Virus record (IMG/VR): IMGVR_UViG_3300037503_000005
Location: 1 to 55,645 of that record
Direction: 5' to 3' (one strand)
Length of the DNA: 55,645 nucleotides
From: a virus
Taxonomy: Duplodnaviria; Caudoviricetes
In this document: one piece after another, positions 45,743 through 55,113 of the stretch
Layout of the letters: every line of letters starts with the position of its first letter
Numbering within the stretch: position 1 is the stretch's first letter
The notes under the pieces: model-generated
Database searches by the model: none
Seen by the model: the letters and a program-made list of their open reading frames with translations, nothing else
What the model was told of the DNA's origin: nothing
Translations under genes and position numbers: made by a program

Positions 45743-46597
45743 GTCGGCGTCATTGAAAAACGAAAGGATCATCTCTCCGGCAATCTGTGTCTTGAAATGT
45801 GGGTTAAATGCTTTCAGGAACCTGTCTCGCAAAGCGTCTGTGTACGCCTGGTTTTCAACCAGTACATTTTTGGCAGCAAGAAAATGAGCGTCGAAGAAGC
45901 TCACAGCCTTGGCATAGTCAGTAAATGACGAGATGCGCAGCCTATTCTTCTTCCGCTTGCGCTCCTCTTTACTGAATCCTTTGCGGAGGCTGGTGCGTTG
46001 CGACTTGTCCGGCCTCTGCATAGTTAGTTGAACCTTGAATGCGGGCTTTTGACGATCCCCGACGAGAAGGGTCACGTTCATTTCGCCGTCCTGCTCGAAC
46101 ATGAATCCGATGCCAGAATCATCGACGGTTGTTTCAACCACAACCTGACCGTCTCTGTACTTGCGAATGGCCTTGCCTTTTTCTTCCGAGGTGTAAGAAA
46201 GCGCCTGCTCCCTTGAAAGCTCAATAACAGCCCTGTCTTTTAGAGGCTCTCCTAACCTGTCAACTTCCTGCACCCGTGCGCCCGTAGTGATAGCGTCAAA
46301 AAGGTTGTCGTTGGCGTCGTCCTCATTGCTTTCTGGGACTTCCGACCCGTCGCCACGAACCTCTGTAGTATTCACCACGTCGCGTGCAAATTTAACTAAC
46401 AAAGGCAAGGTGAGGGGCTTGAAAAGATGGGTAACGAGAAATCGGCGTGAGCCGTTCTCCGTCATTATGTTGACTTCGTTTACCTCTGAGTCTACGGGAT
46501 ACGGCGGGGTGATGATCCCGTCCAAATCGTCTGTGCCGTCATCGGTGAGCGTTACTACCGCACCACCATTTGATCCTATTGCCTCTTCTGTTTGCAT
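45734..46597 (-). CDS. Tail assembly chaperone (gpG-like)
   Basis: Between tail tube and TMP; AGGAG RBS before MQTEE. Confidence 0.7.
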   Translation of the reverse strand: MQTEEAIGSNGGAVVTLTDDGTDDLDGIITPPYPVDSEVNEVNIMTENGSRRFLVTHLFKPLTLPLLVKFARDVVNTTEVRGDGSEVPESNEDDANDNLFDAITTGARVQEVDRLGEPLKDRAVIELSREQALSYTSEEKGKAIRKYRDGQVVVETTVDDSGIGFMFEQDGEMNVTLLVGDRQKPAFKVQLTMQRPDKSQRTSLRKGFSKEERKRKKNRLRISSFTDYAKAVSFFDAHFLAAKNVLVENQAYTDALRDRFLKAFNPHFKTQIAGEMILSFFNDADSL

Positions 46598-46610
46598 AAA
46601 AGTCTCCTGA

Positions 46611-46705
46611 AAAAGAAAAGGCTCGCCATCTGTTTTCACACAGAAGCGAGCCCTTAAAATAAAAGAGCCCGCGTTACAATCATCCAAAGATGAAATGTAA
46701 GCGGG
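46611..46705 (-). terminator. Two tandem terminator-like hairpins in the chaperone leader
   Basis: CCCGC(T)TACA/TGTAACGCGGG then T-tract; GGCTCGC/GCGAGCC then TTTTCTTTT. Confidence 0.6.
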
Positions 46706-46759
46706 TATCGTTCGACAGTGCGCCTTGTAAAAGAACCGTAGGGGTTGCCTACGAAAAGA

Positions 46760-46787
46760 ATTATAACACAGAAGGGGCGGGATTCAA
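46760..46787 (-). promoter_or_regulatory. Internal promoter upstream of chaperone/TMP
   Basis: TTGAAT-16-TATAAT with extended TG. Confidence 0.65.
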
Positions 46788-46788
46788 G

Positions 46789-46959
46789 TTATTTGATGCC
46801 GAATAGCCCTTTGATCGTGGCGACTATCGCAATCAATAAGATGAGCCAAATAACTGCTCGCAGATAGCGTGCGCGGTGTATGTTTCTGCCGCAACGTGGG
46901 CAGCGCTTCGCAGAGGGTGAGACGTTGTGACCGCAATCAGCGCAGGTGACAAGAGCCAC
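46789..46959 (-). CDS. Zinc-ribbon membrane protein (moron)
   Basis: MALVTCADCG..VS.SA..CP.CG followed by a TM helix; below the ORF track length cutoff. Confidence 0.75.
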   Translation of the reverse strand: MALVTCADCGHNVSPSAKRCPRCGRNIHRARYLRAVIWLILLIAIVATIKGLFGIK

Positions 46960-46961
46960 GC

Positions 46962-47756
46962 CTAGAACCTCCGATAAACCACCTTCACCGTCCTACTCTG
47001 ACCCGCCGCCAGTGAGCCCAAGTTATAAGTCAGTCGCCCGATATAATCACCTAGCGCAGTCGGAACTGAGCGGACAATCGGAGTGCACGTTTTAGCGGTA
47101 GAAGGTAAACCAGTAGAGGGGTTCCAATCAGACCAATTTTCAACGGCCTGCGTGTGCGAGACGGCCAAGGTCAGAGCCGACAGCATGATCCCGTGATGAC
47201 CCGTTCCCGTACCTGAATCCCTGCCCCAAACTGAGTCGGCATCCGAATCATATAGATCATCCTCCCTGTCATTACTCAAGTCACCGTCAAAGTAACGCGC
47301 CCACCTCACCGCAGAAAAACTTACGCTGGAAATATTCTTGATCGTTGTGGTGATCTTGATTTCCCTCTCTTCAAAGTTGGCCTCAAAGGTCTGTGCCACC
47401 TGAAGCTCCCCGCGTATGCCCGTGCCCGTTATTGTCAGAGGAAGGGTATTCGTCCCGTTCGGCTGAAAATAAGTAAACGTCGCCCACGTATTCCCATCAG
47501 CAGCCGTACTCCAAGCGTGCGTGCCCTTACTGCTACACAGCGCATAGCCTTCTAAGATTTCTATTTGCCTGAATGACGCGGGTGATTCTAGGTGAAGTAT
47601 ATTACCCGTGGATGAAATGCAGAATGAGAACTTATTAACCCCCGCCCCGAAAGTGTGAGTGCTGTAGCAATCCGTCGTCTGCGGCGCTTTGCTTTGGGCA
47701 GTAGCTATTGCTGAACAGGAAAGAATTAAGATGATTAAAAGCAAGGCTTTCATCAA
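46962..47756 (-). CDS. Secreted beta-rich protein (moron)
   Basis: Signal peptide MMKALLLIILILSCSAIATA; own promoter-like sequence overlapping the upstream terminator. Confidence 0.75.
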   Translation of the reverse strand: MMKALLLIILILSCSAIATAQSKAPQTTDCYSTHTFGAGVNKFSFCISSTGNILHLESPASFRQIEILEGYALCSSKGTHAWSTAADGNTWATFTYFQPNGTNTLPLTITGTGIRGELQVAQTFEANFEEREIKITTTIKNISSVSFSAVRWARYFDGDLSNDREDDLYDSDADSVWGRDSGTGTGHHGIMLSALTLAVSHTQAVENWSDWNPSTGLPSTAKTCTPIVRSVPTALGDYIGRLTYNLGSLAAGQSRTVKVVYRRF

Positions 47757-47814
47757 CTCGCTCCCAGATAGAGGAAAGAACAGAGGGCTACCAAGAGCAA
47801 GAGGGTATCACACA

Positions 47815-47850
47815 AAAATAGACGGGGCAAAGCCTTATCGCTCGCCCCTC
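47815..47850 (-). terminator. Intrinsic terminator after the tail tube operon
   Basis: GGGGCGAG/TTTGCCCC hairpin followed by TATTTTT. Confidence 0.6.
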
Positions 47851-47876
47851 CATCAAAAAGCAGGTATGTGGCCGGT

Positions 47877-48380
47877 CTATTCGGGCAGAGTGTCGGCGGG
47901 GTGAGAAGTTTTGCGCCTTGACGCCTTTTCACTTTCAGCGATCACAGGTTCTGTCACCGTAAAAGTCTGATTGTTTGTGCTTGAACTGCTCATTTCGACA
48001 ATCGGAGGGGCAGGCGGGCTCACTTCAGCAGTTACCTCCGGCGTCACCTGACCTCCCTTGCTTAAATCCGCCTCAACTATCGCGGGCTGTGGCTCGCTGA
48101 TTATCTGCCCGTCCTCGGTAATAGACACTTTGACGGTGCTATGCGTTACAGGGGCTTGGGCGCGCATGGCTTCGGTTTCTCGCCTACTTGCCTCTTCCGC
48201 TTCAAGTCTGTCCCTCTCCTGATTCGCGGCGTTCACCTCGCCTTGAGTTCGACCATCAGGCAATACAAAGTCCGGGTCTTTTGAGTCGTGTAAGATGTAT
48301 TTGCGCCGCCACATGGAATGTTCTTCTGGCGTCATCTCTACTGACTGGATTGTGGCGTCTGTTTTTGTTTCGTCTGCCAT
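47877..48380 (-). CDS. Hypothetical acidic protein
   Basis: AAGGAG RBS. Confidence 0.65.
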   Translation of the reverse strand: MADETKTDATIQSVEMTPEEHSMWRRKYILHDSKDPDFVLPDGRTQGEVNAANQERDRLEAEEASRRETEAMRAQAPVTHSTVKVSITEDGQIISEPQPAIVEADLSKGGQVTPEVTAEVSPPAPPIVEMSSSSTNNQTFTVTEPVIAESEKASRRKTSHPADTLPE

Positions 48381-48390
48381 TACTTACTCC

Positions 48391-49461
48391 TTACACTATG
48401 GTCGATGTGCCGTTCTTTATTCTCAGGATCGCAATTCCACCGGGCGCGTCGTCTCTATCAATATCAAACGACATTGAGATTCCCGCGTCATCGTTGTCGG
48501 GGTCGCTGTCCACCATGAGAGTCGAGAGTGGGTATTTAATCTCAAACTCGTAGGAATGGGTTGTACTCGCACCAATCAGTTCACCCGCGAACAAGTAGGT
48601 TAAGTCCGTGATGTCCGTGTTGTCGCGCGAATCAATGAACTCATCTAAATCTTCATCCATCGAAACCTTGAGCGTCGGGGTGTAGACACGTTTACGCCTG
48701 TGTATGTCTCTGGCGTAAGCCCCGGACTTGCGATTAACAGCAGGCGACATGATCCTGAACGGGTCTTGTCCGTGAGGAATGACAACCACCTGATTATTCA
48801 TTCCGCACCGACCACTAACCACTCTGCCGTCTGCACCAAAATCTACCAACCCGCCGTTATTAAATGTTGCGTTGACGCCAGCCGGGTGCATGTAGTGATA
48901 AGTGGGAACGGCGGGGGGGTCAATCGCTGGTGTTATATCCCGCAATCTCTTCCACGAATAACCCGTATTTATCAAGTGGGCAGACCATGAAGGCGTGTCA
49001 GAGCCGCTAAAACTGATCTCAAAAGAATCTATTGCACACGAAGCATGAAGAAAATCATAACCTCCGAGAATCCACGCCCATGTGGTGAGTTTGGGCGTCC
49101 TACCTTGTGCTTTCGTTTGAAGTGAGACGGTGTGATTCCAAGCGACGGACGCAGCCGCAACCGCATTAGCTATTGAGCCGCCCCAGCATCTTGTTGCCAG
49201 AATAGCCGGAAACTCCGTGCTGAGCATTCCCCCGATTGTCTCATCGAGCGGAGGCCAGTACATATTTCGGGGCTTGCCGCCGAACTCCGTACCACGACCC
49301 ACCTGCTCATCCTTGACCTTGGTAGGCTGCGGGACTTTCGGCATGTAGCTGTTAATCAGCGCAGACCCAAACTCAGCCGTCAGCAGGTAAGGCACGTTTA
49401 CTCCGGTTTCGGGAGCTAACGAATATATAATTTGTGCATCTTCTAAGAGTTGTCTTGTCAT
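48391..49461 (-). CDS. Major tail (tube) protein
   Basis: 356 aa, beta-rich, position after tail completion genes. Confidence 0.7.
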   Translation of the reverse strand: MTRQLLEDAQIIYSLAPETGVNVPYLLTAEFGSALINSYMPKVPQPTKVKDEQVGRGTEFGGKPRNMYWPPLDETIGGMLSTEFPAILATRCWGGSIANAVAAASVAWNHTVSLQTKAQGRTPKLTTWAWILGGYDFLHASCAIDSFEISFSGSDTPSWSAHLINTGYSWKRLRDITPAIDPPAVPTYHYMHPAGVNATFNNGGLVDFGADGRVVSGRCGMNNQVVVIPHGQDPFRIMSPAVNRKSGAYARDIHRRKRVYTPTLKVSMDEDLDEFIDSRDNTDITDLTYLFAGELIGASTTHSYEFEIKYPLSTLMVDSDPDNDDAGISMSFDIDRDDAPGGIAILRIKNGTSTIV

Positions 49462-49463
49462 AT

Positions 49464-49988
49464 TTACCTCACCACTATAGGCTGTAGCTCAACCACTAAC
49501 TCACCAACGCCTCTGTGCGCCGTTTTCTGTATCTGAAAGAAACCGCTAAGCCCGATCTGGAAAGGCCAGTGCCTGTGCTTCTGCTGGTAGCTCAACGCTG
49601 CCCCTGTGCCAAACTTTGGCGTTTGTGCTAATTTCATCTGCACCTTCAGGACTTCTTCGCGGATTCGCATTTCCGAGTTGTCAGTGTTCTTGCCGAATTC
49701 ATGTTGGTAAAAAACTTGTAGCCTGTACCTGAAAACCGGCTCAATGCTTCTGACCGTCGAGCTTTCAAGGTCATTTGATCCAGCGAAAGTGATGATCCAT
49801 GTGTGGACTCTTTTCTTTCCCTGTTCATCTAAATCATCGCCACTCTGAAGTGCTCCGTACCAGCCTGACTCCTCAAAATTTACCGGGTCACGGTCTAAGA
49901 CCTTGGCTTTGGTGGCAACGCCTTTAATGAGTGTCACAATCGCCGCCTGAATATCTTTCCCAAGGTCTGCATACTGCTGCGGAGTCAT
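49464..49988 (-). CDS. Tail terminator/completion protein
   Basis: Position and size. Confidence 0.55.
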   Translation of the reverse strand: MTPQQYADLGKDIQAAIVTLIKGVATKAKVLDRDPVNFEESGWYGALQSGDDLDEQGKKRVHTWIITFAGSNDLESSTVRSIEPVFRYRLQVFYQHEFGKNTDNSEMRIREEVLKVQMKLAQTPKFGTGAALSYQQKHRHWPFQIGLSGFFQIQKTAHRGVGELVVELQPIVVR

Positions 49989-50350
49989 CCCTTCACCCTA
50001 TCGCCAGCTCGATCCAACGCAGATTTGATTTCAGCATCGGAGACCTTAATGCCTTCTTCTGCCACTCGCCGACCGGCGTAATCGCTTTCACCTTTTCTCT
50101 TGATTGCTGCTGCGTATCCAGAGGCTTCAGGCGCTTCGATCATCACTGTCCGCACCTCACCATGATCCAGCGTGTCCGTGGCTCTCACGGCTTGCAGGTA
50201 AGTACCTGTGTCAATCAAATCTACCCCGACGATTTGACCTTTCCAGTTGCCAGCAATCTTTTGAGCAATGTCATCCTGAGCATCACTGAACGCTTCCTTG
50301 ATTAGACTAGGAAGCTGATTGATTGCGGGTGATACGTAGATTTCACTCAT
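49985..50350 (-). CDS. Neck protein, HK97 gp10-like
   Basis: IDTG.Y...V and YA motifs; position. Confidence 0.6.
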   Translation of the reverse strand: MSEIYVSPAINQLPSLIKEAFSDAQDDIAQKIAGNWKGQIVGVDLIDTGTYLQAVRATDTLDHGEVRTVMIEAPEASGYAAAIKRKGESDYAGRRVAEEGIKVSDAEIKSALDRAGDRVKG

Positions 50351-50561
50351 ATTCTGCTAACTCAACCTTGGGGTTTCCAAAGATCAAACGGTGCAGAAGT
50401 TCAAAAGGCCATGACCACCACGGGACATAGAACTCAGCGCAACCGCCAACGCTTCCGTCTGAGTAAGTGACGGACTCAACTTCTCGCACTCGCATCCACC
50501 ACTTGCGCGCATACCAAGGTGGAAACGTGCCGACTTTGTATTCTGTAGAATCCTCGTTCAT
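50343..50561 (-). CDS. Trp-rich hypothetical protein
   Basis: Overlaps both neighbours. Confidence 0.55.
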   Translation of the reverse strand: MNEDSTEYKVGTFPPWYARKWWMRVREVESVTYSDGSVGGCAEFYVPWWSWPFELLHRLIFGNPKVELAEYE

Positions 50562-50971
50562 GGCTCAGGCTCTGTAGGTACAAACTTTCTGCCAATAGAC
50601 TTCGCTCTGATTTTCCAAAAAGGCTCAACGCCCGCCGGGATAGTCGTCTCACGATTGATTTCATGTGGTTCATTGTTCAAGGCTTCGTTATCTGAATCTA
50701 TGACCATTACATGAGAGACTTCAGAATCACTGACCGTGTTGTTGAAATCATCATCTGCGCGGGCTACCTGAAAAGTGGTCGAGCCATAGTATTCGGAGAA
50801 ATAGGCTGACCATGAGGAAGTAAGAGTTTCAACGGTTGCATACTCTTTGTCGCCGCCGTCCAGTTTCAGAAGCAGTAACTTGGCATCTGCGCCGAATAAC
50901 GCCTCGCGCTCGGCGTCAAACCCATCGGCGTATGCGCCCGCAATGTCCTCAAAAACCGTACTCATTACCAC
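50558..50971 (-). CDS. Head closure / head-tail joining protein
   Basis: Position and size. Confidence 0.5.
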   Translation of the reverse strand: MVMSTVFEDIAGAYADGFDAEREALFGADAKLLLLKLDGGDKEYATVETLTSSWSAYFSEYYGSTTFQVARADDDFNNTVSDSEVSHVMVIDSDNEALNNEPHEINRETTIPAGVEPFWKIRAKSIGRKFVPTEPEP

Positions 50972-51291
50972 CCACGAACCGAAGAGATAACCACCACAGA
51001 ACCGGGGAAAGACATGCGCTCGTTGTCGGTCAAAGGGTTGAGACCAAGAATCACCCTCATATCTTCTCTGATCTGCTTTGCCTTAGCCGAAAACGTAACG
51101 TTGACTTTTCCCGTAACCGCAATGTGGCGCTTGTCCTTTACCGCGTTATAGGCGGTAATCAACTCGCGCGCGTCGCTCCATTCCCCGTCACTGAGCGCGC
51201 TGACCTTGCCTTCAACCAACGAATAGGAAGTCTCGCCCACGATCACTCGCACGGCAGATATTTCGTCTGGTGTAGGCGTAGGACTTGGCAT
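50965..51291 (-). CDS. Head-tail adaptor
   Basis: VR.IVG...LSD.E helical pattern; position. Confidence 0.55.
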   Translation of the reverse strand: MPSPTPTPDEISAVRVIVGETSYSLVEGKVSALSDGEWSDARELITAYNAVKDKRHIAVTGKVNVTFSAKAKQIREDMRVILGLNPLTDNERMSFPGSVVVISSVRGW

Positions 51292-51456
51292 TTACTTTGC
51301 GGCCTTCTGGTTTCCCTCTGTCTTAGTTTTGCCCTCATTCGCAGCCTTCTTTGACGATTGGTGCGACTTGATAAGCCCCGCAATCTCTTCAGGTACGTCC
51401 GCCTCGCCGGGGCCGTACTGCCTTCCGTTGTAGAAATAGACTCTATTGAGTTTCAT
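51292..51456 (-). CDS. Small post-capsid protein
   Basis: MKLNRVYFYNGRQYGPGEADVPEEIA; AAGGAGG RBS. Confidence 0.7.
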   Translation of the reverse strand: MKLNRVYFYNGRQYGPGEADVPEEIAGLIKSHQSSKKAANEGKTKTEGNQKAAK

Positions 51457-51465
51457 CACCCCTCC

Positions 51466-52587
51466 TTACATATCGCTTGAGAGAACGAAGGTCTTGGCGC
51501 GATCTGCCGTGACATCCTCACGAACTGGCAGGATATTGCTTGCGCCTTCGCCTCTGATTGACCACTGGGCATCTTCGGGAACAAAAAGGCGTCCCCACCT
51601 ACCCATCGCGTCGCCCTCTGCGGTAGGCGCGACGTGTGTGTAACCTAACGCCAAGTCACGCACCGGGTCAGGCGTTGAGCCTTCACCAACGCGATAACCA
51701 GAGCGGCGATTGTTCCCGACATAAAGGAATTTACCCGCGGGTGCGAACTGCTTGCGGATGGTCTTTGAGGTATCAGTCGGGTCTAGGACTTCACCCTCAA
51801 GATCGTAGCCGATGATGGTTAGCACGTCGCGGGAATCCGATGCTGGGCGCTCGTTGCTTCCACGGGTGCGCCAACGCTTGAACGTAAACACATTTCCATT
51901 CTGTGAGATGTCCACATTCAACTGCATTGTGTTGGCGAGCTTCAGGATGTCCGCCGTATGAGCGATGATCGTCCGCACGTTGTAGTAGAGGGCGGCAAGG
52001 GCGACGTAGTGGTCTGTCCAGAACTTGTTGTCGGCGTGCTCGGCGGTGTACTTATCGTTGCCCGTCCGGTGCGTCCCGAAGAAAGCCGAAGGGACTTTGT
52101 AATCAATATCCAGGTGGATATTGTTGAACGTCCAGTTTATCTTTCCGTTGAACAGGCATTCAGAGCGAAGCCATTCAGCAGTATCCATGTGGCCTTGCAC
52201 GATGACCTTTTCCATGAAGTTCAAGACTTCGTTAGCCAGAAACTCCTTGCGAGCTACTCCTGTGAATCCGTTCTGCCGAAGGATTTGCTGGATTTGGCGG
52301 ATAGCTTCCTCTTCAAGCGTCACCTTGTTGGCGACTTTCCCGGTCTTGGCAAGGAATGTGGAAGCGTCCATTACAGCACCCGGCGGGTAAGGTGAGGACA
52401 TACCGACGAGCCCGGCCATGATGGAGCGGATAATCATGTACCCGTTGTCCACGTAGTAATCCGGCTTGTTCATCTCCGGCAGGAGCGTTTCAAGTAGATA
52501 ATCAGCAGAAGGCCGCGCGGTATTGATGATGCGAAAGCCCGCGTTACGGCCAAGCGAGTCAAGCGCCTCTCTAAATGAGAAATCCAT
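51466..52587 (-). CDS. Major capsid protein (lambda E-like)
   Basis: 373 aa; EW.R...L..GKI......IDY.VP motif; position. Confidence 0.85.
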   Translation of the reverse strand: MDFSFREALDSLGRNAGFRIINTARPSADYLLETLLPEMNKPDYYVDNGYMIIRSIMAGLVGMSSPYPPGAVMDASTFLAKTGKVANKVTLEEEAIRQIQQILRQNGFTGVARKEFLANEVLNFMEKVIVQGHMDTAEWLRSECLFNGKINWTFNNIHLDIDYKVPSAFFGTHRTGNDKYTAEHADNKFWTDHYVALAALYYNVRTIIAHTADILKLANTMQLNVDISQNGNVFTFKRWRTRGSNERPASDSRDVLTIIGYDLEGEVLDPTDTSKTIRKQFAPAGKFLYVGNNRRSGYRVGEGSTPDPVRDLALGYTHVAPTAEGDAMGRWGRLFVPEDAQWSIRGEGASNILPVREDVTADRAKTFVLSSDM

Positions 52588-52610
52588 CGTTCAATCTCCT
52601 TTGTGGCGGT

Positions 52611-53471
52611 CTAAGCCGCGCGGCTATCGGAATACTTTTCAAGTCGTACCCATCCGCCGTTTGTGCGAATCTCTCCGATCCAGGTGTCGAAATCGGTCTC
52701 GTCGCGATCAGGCATTAATTCTCTGTAGAACGCACCACCAATAAACATTCCGTATCCGGTTGCGGCGTCCTGCCTAGCGTTCTCTTCGACGGTGGAGACG
52801 ATAATCATGCTCGCTGTCTCCGCGCCCGTAACAGACCTTCGGGGTATCACCCTGCCGCTCGCCAGTTCTGCCATGATCGTTCCGGCACGGACTACTTTTG
52901 AGCCGACGCCTCCGAAGGTAGCCTCCGCGTCGTTGGCGACGGCGAATTGCAGCTCGTCAACCGCCAGAGTTGTTCCGCCAGCAGAAGCGGCAGCCGTCAA
53001 GCGAGCCTGCTTAGTCCCACCCTTGAATGAGGCGGTATCACCCGACTCTATCTCGGCATCCAATGCCTCGACCGTCAGACTTGTTGCGCCCGCGTCAGCG
53101 TCGGCAGTCAGTAACGCGAATTCGCCCGAGCCGGTAAAGTTCAGGATCGTACCTGAAGGGATGGAACCGGAGAGGGCGGCAACGGGAATGGAAGTAGCCG
53201 CAGCCGCCGCGACTCCGGTGGTGGTGACAGTGACAGGGGCATACGTGCCGAAGTTCAGGATCGTCCCCAGAGGTATGTCGACGGGGAGAGCGTCAACCGT
53301 AATAGAAGTTGCCCCGGCAGCAGCCGCGCCGTTAGCCTTTACAGTTTGCTTCCCCTGGCGGTAGGAATCGTCCAGCTTATTCCAGTCAATCTGTCGCCCG
53401 CCGTTTCTGGTCGCTCCGTTGTAGTCAACTACGAAGCCGGGTGATGACCCCGTAAAGTTCATTCTTGACAT
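52611..53471 (-). CDS. Head decoration protein with duplicated inserted beta domains
   Basis: G.KVVRAGT motif; A..GATSI.V.AL repeats. Confidence 0.7.
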   Translation of the reverse strand: MSRMNFTGSSPGFVVDYNGATRNGGRQIDWNKLDDSYRQGKQTVKANGAAAAGATSITVDALPVDIPLGTILNFGTYAPVTVTTTGVAAAAATSIPVAALSGSIPSGTILNFTGSGEFALLTADADAGATSLTVEALDAEIESGDTASFKGGTKQARLTAAASAGGTTLAVDELQFAVANDAEATFGGVGSKVVRAGTIMAELASGRVIPRRSVTGAETASMIIVSTVEENARQDAATGYGMFIGGAFYRELMPDRDETDFDTWIGEIRTNGGWVRLEKYSDSRAA

Positions 53472-53480
53472 AGATGCTCC

Positions 53481-54284
53481 TTATTGAGTTGCCGCTACAG
53501 ATTTCGCTTGCGGCACTAGCGGATTCAGTTGAGCCGCGCGAGCGGCATCACGCGCCTTGATTCGCTTTTCTACGAGGTCTTCACCTGTTGAGCCTCCACC
53601 CGCCCCGTGCGCAGGCAGTTGCGTACCCTCTTCTTTCTTGGCTACGACGGAAGGCAAAAGCGCAGGGTGTTTCTCCGCGAAGTAATCGGCAAAGGGCTTT
53701 TCGGTAACAACTCCGTCTGCACCCTTCACCTTGGCGATGTTCTTCTTCTTAGGCACGCCCTTATCGTCCTTTTCATCCGTGTCGCGCTGCTCTACTTCAG
53801 GTAGGTCAGGGATGAGCGCAAGCACGTCTACAGCGTCTTCGCCCCAGCCTTCTGCCCTGCGGATGCGGTCAAGCCCTTCACGTCGCTCTTGAGCTTCCAC
53901 CTTTGTCTTGTTGCTGGCGTGCTCATCCTTCATGGAATTAAAAGCGTCCGTGGTGGTGATGCCAGCAGCCTTGACCGTCCTGACTAAATCAGCATCCGCT
54001 TTCGGTACTGCCTCATGTCCGCGCGGAAGGCCGCTGGCCTTGGCGGATTCAAGTTCACTCTTGGCGGCGTCGCGCTCGGCAATGGCCGCGGTCTTCTCGC
54101 TGAGAAGCGTGGCGTTGTGCTTGACCGCCGGATGATCGTTCGGGATGTCAGCGTGATACTTCCCGTCCTCCCTGCGCGAGTAGTGCTCTCTAAGAGGTTC
54201 GGGAATATCTTCAGCCTTGTCGTATGGTTTCAACATTGTCCGCTGGACTCCTGCTGTTCCCGCGCTGCGGGGTTGGTTGGACAT
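53481..54284 (-). CDS. Capsid scaffolding protein
   Basis: IPEPLREHY....GKY start, coiled coil, GGG tail; upstream of decoration/capsid genes. Confidence 0.75.
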   Translation of the reverse strand: MSNQPRSAGTAGVQRTMLKPYDKAEDIPEPLREHYSRREDGKYHADIPNDHPAVKHNATLLSEKTAAIAERDAAKSELESAKASGLPRGHEAVPKADADLVRTVKAAGITTTDAFNSMKDEHASNKTKVEAQERREGLDRIRRAEGWGEDAVDVLALIPDLPEVEQRDTDEKDDKGVPKKKNIAKVKGADGVVTEKPFADYFAEKHPALLPSVVAKKEEGTQLPAHGAGGGSTGEDLVEKRIKARDAARAAQLNPLVPQAKSVAATQ

Positions 54285-54285
54285 A

Positions 54286-54417
54286 GAAAAAGCCCGCACC
54301 CTCCGATTTCTCGAAAAGTGCGGGCTGCATCAGTGCTCGCTATTTGTACGGCGCTATGGCCGCAACTGCCTAGTTATCAATCCGCCCTTATGATAATACA
54401 AAAGTCTGAGATTGCAA
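54286..54417 (-). promoter_or_regulatory. Promoter plus leader hairpin/T-tract upstream of scaffold
   Basis: TTGCAA-16-TATCAT; AGCCCGCAC/GTGCGGGCT then TTTTC immediately before ATG. Confidence 0.5.
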
Positions 54418-54455
54418 ATACATTTTATGCGGAAATCTCGTCAGGCCAAAAATCT

Positions 54456-54707
54456 TTACATAACCCAAAACTTCGTAGAATCTAGGTAAGCCTCATAGTA
54501 TCGTGTTCGTCCATCTATAAAAACAATACCCCACACATAATTACCGTCATCGCTTTGAGTTGGAAACGATCTCTTTGCTTTCACTTGCTCTGTCGTACCG
54601 TCCTGTTGAATCAACTCAAAATCATAGTCACCCGTTCTGCGCGCCTTAACACGCGGCACAAGCTTGTTACTACTTATTTCATTGTCTAAGTAGGGCAAAT
54701 TATTCAA
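54456..54707 (-). CDS. Hypothetical protein
   Basis: Operon packing. Confidence 0.55.
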   Translation of the reverse strand: MNNLPYLDNEISSNKLVPRVKARRTGDYDFELIQQDGTTEQVKAKRSFPTQSDDGNYVWGIVFIDGRTRYYEAYLDSTKFWVM

Positions 54708-54921
54708 TCCGTTTCCAGTAAATATCTTCTAACTCAAATGTCATGGTCGGCATATCGCAGAATCTTTGCCCTCCCAAGCTATAGAACTTCCCGCCACCTG
54801 AAACTAAATCCTCGTAAGTAGCATAGTCGCCTACTTCAGCTTTGTAATACGGACGCTTTAACCTCTGCTCCGCCTTTGCTCTATCGCTGAACATCTTGGC
54901 AACTGATATTGTCTTACCCAT
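54700..54921 (-). CDS. Hypothetical protein
   Basis: Operon packing. Confidence 0.55.
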   Translation of the reverse strand: MGKTISVAKMFSDRAKAEQRLKRPYYKAEVGDYATYEDLVSGGGKFYSLGGQRFCDMPTMTFELEDIYWKRIE

Positions 54922-54930
54922 AGGTTCTGA

Positions 54931-55113
54931 TTATACACCAGCAGAAGCCATTGAAGCACGATTATCTTGCGGCACTTCCGGCCTCCAGGTTTTTACTCTC
55001 CCACACCTCTCACACTTGAGCTTTGCATACAGCCACGTTGCGCCAATAGAGACGTACAGCACGGCACTACAGCCTTCACAGTGATAGATGAACTCTTTTT
55101 TATCTTCAGGCAT
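54931..55113 (-). CDS. Com-like zinc-ribbon protein
   Basis: CEGC...KCERCG. Confidence 0.65.
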   Translation of the reverse strand: MPEDKKEFIYHCEGCSAVLYVSIGATWLYAKLKCERCGRVKTWRPEVPQDNRASMASAGV

